Source: Geosiphon pyriformis uo1 (taxonomy: Eukaryota > Fungi > Glomeromycota). Taken from it: DNA of 64,000 nt. The translations under genes and the position numbers were made by a program. Under the pieces are notes generated by a model. It was given only the letters and a program-made list of their open reading frames with translations. It ran no database searches and was not told the DNA's origin. Position 1 is the stretch's first letter. Each line of letters begins with the position of its first letter. The DNA lies in assembly GCA_016748015.1 (NCBI GenBank), contig JAAOMT010000706.1, positions 110,764 through 174,763 on the forward strand, in the 5' to 3' direction. Positions 27,201 through 36,406 of this stretch are shown here, one piece after another.

Positions 27201-27415
27201 AGATTTGGATGACCAAAACGACAAGACAAGTGGGACAACACACCATGCCTCGCATGTAGTGAAATCCTGCCAGATGAAGAACTCTGGAATGATGTGTCTG
27301 GCAGAGGAGGAACATGCAACGAGGCTTGTCAATACACCATATTAATCAATGATTGGGTACAAAAGGGAACCCCCATCAAGGATGCTTGGAAATGAGCACT
27401 CAACAGGCTAGACGG

Positions 27416-28283
27416 TATTATGGTTTAAGAATTTAGCAAAAAGAATCATAAAAATAATACAAACTATTCAATCATAATATAGCACAGTAATAATCTTAGA
27501 AAGGTAATGATTAACATAGTAGCAAACACCATCTCACGATAGTGGCAAGCACCAGTTCACAATAGCAGTCAACACCAACTGGTGATAGCAGCAAACACCA
27601 GGTTGAAATATCAAAAAGAAAGTATTTTCTTGTAGAACTACAAACATGTATATATACAGTAGTTTTAATATTGGAAAAAAAAAAAATCAAGTAATAAAAA
27701 TCATAACTTATCAAGCAACAGATCCAATTTTATCCAACAAACCCCACTTTAAATCATACTTTCAAATTAAATATCCCAAGAAACCTTTAAAAATCAAAAA
27801 GAAATGAAAAAGAATATTTAAAATGGAACTATCACAACCCAAAGTATTAAGAAACTTATTTGTATTATTTATTGAATGAAACTATCATTCATCAACTGAA
27901 TTCCTTGGAAGAATAATCCTTGATCAAGATTATTCACGTTGTTACTAATTGATAAAAGCTTTATTGTGAGAATTAGAAAAGCACTAAAGACCATTAACAT
28001 TCTGTGTTTCTAGATTAGAGAAACACATCAGGCAATTGCAAGGATAGCCTCAGAGAAGACCTCAGACAGTGGGTAGATTTTAGTTCAGCCTCTGAGAAGG
28101 AGTATATAAACACACACAACAATCAAGAATTAAAGAATAACTTACATCGCAACAGTAAAAAGAAAGCCTTCAGTGTAACAGTGACATTATCACACAAATA
28201 GAATTGAGAAACTCACGAAAGACTGATTGCAATTAAAGTGGGATATCAGCAATTAAATATAACAAGAAAACCATCCCATAACA
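27416..28283. mobile_element. Solo LTR (868 bp) of another Gypsy family inserted in element A
   Basis: TATTATGG...CCCATAACA termini; ACGG TSD at 27412-27415 and 28284-28287. The host frame LNRLDG|YLHNNHKIWRMA rejoins on removal. Confidence 0.88.
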
Positions 28284-28739
28284 ACGGTTATCTACACAAT
28301 AACCACAAAATCTGGAGAATGGCAAGTGCTAAGGCTGAAGATGTCACACCCAAAGAAATATAAGAAATCAAGGACAACCCTTGGATGCCCAAATATAATG
28401 GACCCAACTACTCTGAGAATAATTTTTTCATAGATGACCCAGATGCATTTCAGAACTGATATTAGGAATTGGTCCCAACTCGTGAAGAACAAGAGCAAAG
28501 GTTGGCCAATTTAAATAACAAACTGTGTGATCATTGTTTGATCCTGTCACTTCCAGTACTGCGACAAATGTGATCTCATGTTCAATCCGCCTCCAAGAAT
28601 ACTGTTTCCAATCACTGAACTACCTGAGCCTGAAAAAGAGGTATTGATCACCAAGGATATGTTATTTCAAGATCCAACTGAGTATACTGAAACAGAACAG
28701 TATCTCATGTATTCCGACCTATCCAAAGAACTAAAGCTA

Positions 28740-29158
28740 AAATGGTACAGTGACAACAAGAAAAAAATCTGCCCAAAAGAGTGCATAACACCAATGCCAG
28801 TTTTGACCTATGATACCCCAGATAATCACCTATCATTATAGCCCCACATTCTCTCGTGAAAATAGATCTTAAGATAGTGTTAGAAATTTTTGTTAGTACA
28901 ATGGTACAAGTTGCCTTTCAATCTAGTCTAGCCAAGAAAGAAATCAACATAAAAGGAGAAATCATCGATGTCGGTTACATGGGAAACATCATCGTGATGT
29001 TACAGAACAATTTGAACAGAACCTACAAAATAAAATCACAAGAAAAGATTGTCCAAGCTATCTTCCTACCCCTAGTCAAAATACCCCAATTAACCCCAGT
29101 AACAATCTGAAAAGAGTTAGACCTCACTGCCCAAGGAATCAATGGGTTTGGATCAAGT
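28740..29158 (+). pseudogene. dUTPase domain of element A
   Basis: Trimeric dUTPase motifs recognisable despite decay: NASFDL (1), QSSLAKK (2), GEIIDVGYMG (3), EKIVQAI (4), QGINGFGSS (5). Confidence 0.88.
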
Positions 29159-32100
29159 GAAAAAGGAAATGTACCAGTTAATTTCATGGAGGAAAACAGT
29201 GACCAGATAGAATTTATCAACACTAATACTGTCATCTCCATTCCTCTATACCGACAATACATTCTCAAAGTGAATCGAAAGATCCAAGATCAAGTCCTGT
29301 TATTTGAAGCCAGTCCCGAAATCTGTTCCCTAGCTGATGTTGCTAATCTATACCTACTGGTCAAAGCCCATAAACACTTCAAAATCCCCATCCACAACCC
29401 GACAGAAAATGTCATTGAAATCCCCGAAGGGATCCTCATCAGTTCCATATCCACAGATATTCAGAATCCTGAAAAAACCCAGTCCATTCCAGATTTCGCA
29501 CAATTATTCTTATTCTGTGACATTACCTCACAAGTATGAAATTTGCCAAAAGAAAGTTACTTGTTCACACCAGAAGAGATCAATAAATTGAATTTAGGAA
29601 ATTTAAGTACCTTGCAACAAATACAACTTAAAGTCCTTCTGAATCAGTATGCCGATGTCTTTGCCAGCAAAAATGAGTTCAGATGCAACGATATCGTGAA
29701 GCATCAGATTGATATGAGAGATGCTCGACTGATTAAACAACGAGCTTACTGCATACTCTCATCTGGCGATAACTTAATTAAGCAAGAAGTGCAACGGATG
29801 CTTGATAATGGCTTAATCAAAGAATCGTTAAGCCCTTGGTCCTCTTCAGTAGTCTTGGTCACCAAAAAAAACGGAAAAGTGCAATTCTGCATAGATTATC
29901 GAAAACTAAATAGCATCACACAAGGAGATAATTATCCCACTCCTCTCATCCAGAAAATTCTGGACAATTTAGGGAAAAAGAAATGGTTTTTGTCATTAGA
30001 TTTAGCAAGTGATTACTGGTAAGTTGAAATGGATCCCAAAAACAAAGAAAAAACAGCATTTACCACTTGAAACAGAAACTTCAAGTTTAACGTAATGCCT
30101 TTTGGACTTTGTAATGCTCCTGTCACGTTTTAATGCCTGATGGATGTAGTATACAAAAGAATTCTTTGGAAATCAGTAGTAGTCTACCTAGATGACATAA
30201 ATGTGTTCTCTGAAACATTTGATGACCATCTGCTCTACCTGCAACAAGTTTTCGAATGCCTTCGTAGTGCTGGATTGAAACTCAATTCCGAGAAGTGCTT
30301 CTTTGAAAAAACTGAGTTAAAATTCCTAGGACATGTAATTGGCAAGAACAGAGTTAAACCCGATCCAGATAAAGTACAGAAAGTCAAGGATTTTTCAGCC
30401 CCAATCAACTTCAGAGAATTACGAGGATTTCTAGGATTGGCAGGATATTATTGTCAATTTGTCAAAGATTTCTCGAACATCACAAAACCACTTCATCAAT
30501 TGTTGTCCAAATACGTATCGTACTTGTGGAAAGAAGATCAACAGAAAGCATTCGACTATCTCAAGCAGCAATTGATCACATCCCTAATCCTGATTTACCC
30601 AGATTTCACTAAATGGTTCATTGTCACTACGGACACCTCGAAAAATGAGTCTTATTACAGATAGGACCAGACAATAGAGAACACCCAGTTGTCTACACTA
30701 GTTGCAGCACTAGCCCAGCAGAAAAAAATTATAGCACAACAGATCTGGAATGTCTTGCCATTTATTGGGCCATACAGACTTGGAAACATTATCTCAGTCA
30801 ACTATTTGACCTATATACCGACCACAAAGGACTTATTTGGTTACTCAACAATCCACAACTAAAAGGAAAATATGCAAGATGGAGTACTTATCTACAACAA
30901 TTCCCACTCAAAGTCCATTACAAAGAAGGATCCAAGAACACTAATACTGACAGTTTGTTAAGGATGCCACAAACCTAATCCCAGATCCATAACCACACTC
31001 ACTTATCAACAACTACATCAGTACCTATCGACACTATATTTCAAGGAGATATTATCTCAACAGGAACAGAGTACTATATGAAAACAAGCCCAAAATTATT
31101 TTATTCAAGACAACTAACTATATTGATGAGAATGCTGAAACCACCCCAACTCACAACAACTAATCAAGGACAGTGAAAGAGAAACTATACTATATAGTAT
31201 GCACTCAGATCCGACTGCAGGACACTTTAACAAAGATGTTACTCTTGAAAGAACACTAAACTTATACTATTGGCCAATGATGTACAAAGACATTTTCGAA
31301 TACGTGCTCAATTGTGACGCATGCCAGCGAAGAGAAAGAGCAAGATCAACAGAACCACTTCGATCTATTCCAGTTGAAAATTTATTTGATAGAATCAGGA
31401 TCAATTTGGTTGGACTCTTTCAATTACATTCCAAGAAAATCACTATATCACTGTAGCCATAAACTATCTTACAAAATAGCCAGAAGCCAGAGCAATCCAA
31501 GTAGCTGACACCAAAACAGTAGCTGAATTTGTGCATCAAGACCTAATTTGCTGACATGAATGTCCGAAAGAATTATTATCTGATTAGGGAACACACTTTG
31601 TTAATAATATGCTGACTGAACTAAGCCAATGATTTGGAATAAAGAGATCCTTATCATTACCATATCACCCACAAATGAATGGACTGGTAGAACAATTTAA
31701 CAAAACACTGTGCGAAACACTAGCAAAAATAAGTCATGAAAACAAACAAAAATGGGACTTATTTATACCTTCTGTACTCTTTGCATACCAAATATTGAAA
31801 CAAAATACGACTCAGTTCACACTATTCAAACTAGTCTATAGAAGAAAAGCTATGTTACCAATTGAACAAGTGATATCGTCATACCCAACAGAAACAATCA
31901 ATGAAGAGAATTTTAAGGCTACTTTACACCAAAGAATATACCAGCTAATGGAAACATTGGAAAACAATCGAAGAACAGCAGCTGACAATATTAGTTATGC
32001 TTAAGAACGACAAAAAAAAAGACATAATAAACACCTATCAGAACAACCAATAGAATTCAAGATTGGAGACCAAGTACTGTTATATCATACAAAAGTTGAG

Positions 32101-32358
32101 AAACAGTGGAATAGAAAGTTTGACCCAAAGTGGAACAGTCCATTCCACATACACAAAGCATTAGGAAATGGAGCTTACAAATTATGATTGGAAGACAGGA
32201 TTTTAAAAAAAGTAGCACATGGAAATCAGTTAAAAATTTATCATGTAAAACAGGAATTATTGTTATCAATATCTCAACCAGGAACACAAATTTCATTAAT
32301 CAGACCAGAAGATATACCACAAGATCTGGAACCAATCATCGTTATTGAAATGTAGACA

Positions 32359-33170
32359 ATGGGCAGCAAATTAAATTGGGGAATTCAAATATATATAGCA
32401 TCTGAAAAGCAGCAAGAAATGATAGAAATTTCAACATGGACCTTTCAGATCAAATTTTAAAATTATCTAAACAATTATTTGAAACAATTCAAAAATTGAC
32501 ATCTTAAATAGAAATAACAATTGATAAAAAAGAGATACAGTACAAAGATAAAAGCAGGAGAGGGAAAGACGAGAGTTCAATTAGAACTAAACATTTTTTC
32601 CCCTACCCACCACCTGAAAGGCAATGTTGGAGGAAAAATTGTCTTCAGGCAGAAGATGGAAAAGAAGAAGGCAAAGAATAAGAAAAAGATTACAAAAGAA
32701 GATACTTGGTCCCCGAGCTCGAAGAAATAAAAGAAGCTTTAGCTTGTGAGACCGAACTTCCCGAAACAGGGGAGTGGACACCTAACAATGCCCAGGAATG
32801 AAAAGAAAGACTTCTTCCAGCTTATTGGTTCTACAAAATTGGAGAACAGCTTGACTTGAAAACACCATATGAAGACTTCAGCCAGAAAACATTCAACAAA
32901 GAAGCAATACAACAAGTAGAAAAATTTGTAGAGAAAAACAACCTGATCCTACATTACAAAGCAGCATACCGACTATACGTCACTTTCCAACATTGCCCAA
33001 ACGTACTACTGAACAGATCTATGAAAATCATAACAGTTAACAACATAGAATGAATAATCAATCAACAGTTCAAAGACCTACAAAAGGCAATACTTGAGAC
33101 AACAATCGAACATTACACGAACAAAGCCATGATAACAGATACATATGGTTTCGCAGGAGCTCAATTTTAA
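32359..33170 (+). pseudogene. Extra 3' ORF (ORF3) of element A, unknown function, disrupted
   Basis: ATG 3 nt after the pol stop; fragments 32521-32730 and 32856-33053 (HYKAAYRLYVTF...ITVNNIE*IINQQFKDL). Homologous remnants occur in D1 and D2. Confidence 0.6.
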
Positions 33171-33184
33171 AAAGAGAGTGATAA

Positions 33185-34267
33185 TATTATCCAAGTAGAA
33201 AAACCAATCCAAAATTATGAAGAAACATGACCAAAACGTGACATAACACAGAATAATGTGCAATAACGTTGGATAATGCGTTATAACATAGAATAACATG
33301 TTATAACACAAGATAATACAGAATAGTGTACAATAACATAGGATAATGTGTTATAATGCAGGATAATACAGAATAACATGTAATAATGTCAGATAACATG
33401 TTATAACATAGAATAATTAGCAATAACATAGAAAAACGAAGCAATAACAGAAACAACAAAGCAATAGCTAGTGATAGCGAAACAATTGAAAGCAATTCTG
33501 TAAAACCAAAAGAATGTATAAAAGCAAGTAGTTGTAGAAGTGAGAAAAAACAGACAGATAGATACAAATCTCTAGACCAGAATTAAAATATCCATATCCT
33601 TTCATCCTTTATTATCTTCCCTATTTTATCTCCTGAAATAAACCAATTATTAAAGAAATCAGAATCACGAATTCATGTTTTCAAACTTCGTGGAATTTAC
33701 GTGAATTAACCCTTGTTTCGTACTTCTATTCTAGAACAGATGCTCTTAGCCTAACTGCCTCGAACCTATTAACAATTTGGACCAATCACTCTTGATCACG
33801 GTAATTGACGATACTAATTTATTTTTTCTCTCTTTTCTTTTCTTTTCTTTTTCTTTTTCTTTTTTTTTCTGTCTTATTTTTGTGGAGCAACAACATAGTA
33901 AAATCGACTGTTTGGGAATAGACTTCGTAATAGCCTGGTAAAAGAGAGAAGCTCCTCCTAAGTTTTGGATATTAACATTATCTTGTTAGCTTACCAGAAG
34001 GGCGAAAAGACAATGCCAGACCCTAACGACTGCGCTCGTTAACTCGGAGAAGAAAGCTCACATTTATGAAAAACGTTGCAATTGATAAAAAACAAACTTT
34101 GTGCCTTATAACCAAAGAACTCAATGGATAAAATTCACATCCAGAAATAGACTTTCAGAGACTGATAATCAAGACTAAGCCAACAGAATTACACAGAAGA
34201 TGCATCATCAATAATTGAGAGCACCAAACATTACCATTTCCTATACTCACCAAGTTTACTTGTAACA
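33185..34267 (+). repeat. 3' LTR of element A
   Basis: Direct repeat of 23186-24267, ending TGTAACA. Confidence 0.95.
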
Positions 34268-35055
34268 ATATACACACATTATTACTGCAAGCCATACCAC
34301 TGTAAACATTATGGTTATCCAAAAAGACAAGAAAAATAAAACAATAAATCATGTCTTGCTTGTAAAAAAATTCTATTCAATAAAAAAATATGGAATAACA
34401 TTTCTGGTTGAGGAGAAATGTATAATGTCTTGTGCCAATACATGATCCTTATAAGTGATTGGATCAATAGAAAAACACCTTTTAATGCCATATGGAACCA
34501 TGTTTTATTATGTTTAAATGGTTACTCACATGATAAGGATGAAATTTGGAGAATAGCAAGTGCCAAAATCAAAAGTGTTTTGTCCAATAAAATATTAAAA
34601 ATTAAAAATAACCCACTTAAACCAGCCAAAACCTTTTTTATTCCTAATCCAAATGCTTTTTTTGACATTAAAGCTGGTCTTAAAAAGTTTCATGAGCACT
34701 ACCAAAATTTAGCACTAATCAGAACAGAACAAAAACAGCAGTTAGAACAGTTAAATGCTCAACTTTTTCAATATTGTTTAATACTATATGATTTCCAATA
34801 TTGTAATAAGTGTGATCTCATTTACAATCCACCACCACATATAATTTACATGATCTTAGAAGAAAAAAAACCAATTAATAACTGCACATTGGAATCAAAA
34901 TTGAAATTTAATCTCAATTCAAATTCCAATAATAATAACACAAACAACAATTTTAGCTTAATTTTAAATGACAATAACAATGACAACAATTCAAACTCTG
35001 ATTATAACTTTAAACAATATATTGTACTATTTGATTTTTCTAAGAAACAGAAACT

Positions 35056-35473
35056 AAAATGGTTCAGCAATAATGACAAAGATATTATACCAGAATGTAC
35101 ACATAATACCAATACAGAATTTGATCTAAAATACTCAAAAAAAGATGCCATCAAGTTGGAACCACATTTGTGCATTTGCATTAATCTAAAATTAGCACTG
35201 GAAATTCCAGTAACAATAATAGTACAACTGGCATTTAAAAGTAGTTTAGCAAAAAAGAGAATCAACATCAAAAGAGGAATAATTAATGCAGAATATATGA
35301 GAAATATTATTGTAATACTACAAAATGACTCGGAAAAAGAATATATTATTGAACCAAATAAAAAGATAGCACAGACAATATTCTTACTTTTGGTAAAAAT
35401 AGCTCAGTTAGTGCCAGTAAAAAAAAGAGAAGAATTAAGAATAACAGCAAAAGAGATAAGTGGATTCGGATCT
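35056..35473 (+). pseudogene. dUTPase domain of element B
   Basis: TEFDL, KSSLAKK, RGIINAEYMR, KKIAQ, EISGFGS within ORF 34418-35551. Confidence 0.85.
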
Positions 35474-35872
35474 ATGAATAAAATAGACATACCAGTTAAT
35501 ATGGCAGAAAAAGAAGTTATTAACAAGAGAAAAATTATCTCCACCTATTAATTAATTTTCATTCTACTATATAACCAGTATTTAGTAGTTATAGAAAAGA
35601 AAGTAAGAAATCAACCCCAGATTTTTAAAGCAGAAGCTACTATTTATGAATCAGAAAAGATTGTTATCACCAACCTTTATATACTGGCTAAAAATAACAA
35701 ACACATCAAGATTTTCATTTACAACACAACTGGAAACACCATAGAAATACCAAGTGGAACTACCATCAGATATTTAAGTACTGAAGTTGAGGACCAACCA
35801 CCAAGCACCATTCCAGATTTTCCACAACTTTGCAGATATGTGGACATTACATCACAAACAATATATGAATAA

Positions 35873-35971
35873 GAAAAATGTTATTTGTTCCAACCAAAAT
35901 GATTGAAAAAATGTTATTTGTTCCAACCAAAATGATTGGAAAAATGTTATTTGTTCCAACCAAAATGATTG
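35873..35971 (+). repeat. 3 x 33-bp tandem duplication inside dead element B
   Basis: RAAAAATGTTATTTGTTCCAACCAAAATGATTG three times, with one base difference. Confidence 0.95.
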
Positions 35972-36406
35972 GAACAAATGAACTTGGGAAATCTAGACTT
36001 ATTTCAACGTATGCAATTCAAAATGCTACTTCAGAATAAAATATAAAAAAAAGAGTCTAATAATGGATAATAACTTTGTTCTGCTTGACGTTTATGGTCT
36101 GGTAATTGTTAAATTTAAGAATTCTGCTTGCAGAAAAGGTTTTGTCACTATTGTTTGACACATAATTGGCCCAAGTAACTAGTTACAGACATGAACCACA
36201 TCTATTTTAGAGTAGGTAGTGGTTGGCACTCGTTAAATAATAATATAATATGTTTACATTATTTGTTTGGATGGCTAGTCAAATGTAAAAAGTGCAAATA
36301 TAGAAATATTTTATTTCATGATTTTAATGGCCTATACAAGCACGTGATTGTTACCCATCACAACGCGTTTTTATTGAGTTTCGGGTGTCCCAAAGCCTAA
36401 TGAAAC

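Larger units (their letters stand above)
24330..32355 (+). pseudogene. gag-pol polyprotein pseudogene of element A (Gag, CCHC knuckle, aspartic protease, Cys-rich domain, dUTPase, RT, RNase H, integrase with GPY/F)
   Basis: IAKLEKFSGEEDNAYSWI; CYYCQKSGHIAHDC; KLILDS; RT SPWSS...CIDYRKLN, SLDLASDYW, VYLDD; RNase H TTDTS, YTDHK; integrase HSDPTAGH...CDAC and KFDPKW...GNGAYKL. Many stops. Confidence 0.92.
23186..34267 (+). mobile_element. Full-length Ty3/Gypsy element A (about 11 kb including an inserted solo LTR), inactivated
   Basis: Two ~1082-bp LTRs (23186-24267, 33185-34267); TSD ACAT/ATAT; PBS at 24270; PPT at about 33170-33184; gag-pol domains in Gypsy order. Confidence 0.95.
19424..36033 (+). 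mobile_element. Ty3/Gypsy element B (5' LTR 19424-20164, PBS, gag, protease, Cys-rich domain, dUTPase); interrupted by element A and truncated before RT
   Basis: LTR TGTTAC...TGTAATA followed by PBS TGGTGCTCCTTATGAGG (20167). Gag PITKLEKFT; protease KLILDSGLASSII. The reading frame EDYWT|YTHYYCKP continues across the element A insertion. dUTPase at 35056-35473. Confidence 0.85.

Noticed and set aside
32050-32355. Chromodomain at the integrase C-terminus
   Set aside because: Only a GPY/F-type segment is seen; no Y-x-V-E-x-I or YLVKW motif.
34418-35551. 377-aa ORF as a functional or domesticated host dUTPase gene
   Set aside because: It is a stop-free stretch of element B with degraded catalytic motifs (GIINAEY, KSS) and Asn/Lys/Ile-biased composition from C-to-T/G-to-A mutation.
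36191-36400. 69-aa ORF with CKKCK upstream of E(z)
   Set aside because: No recognisable domain or splice connection; likely a chance promoter ORF.
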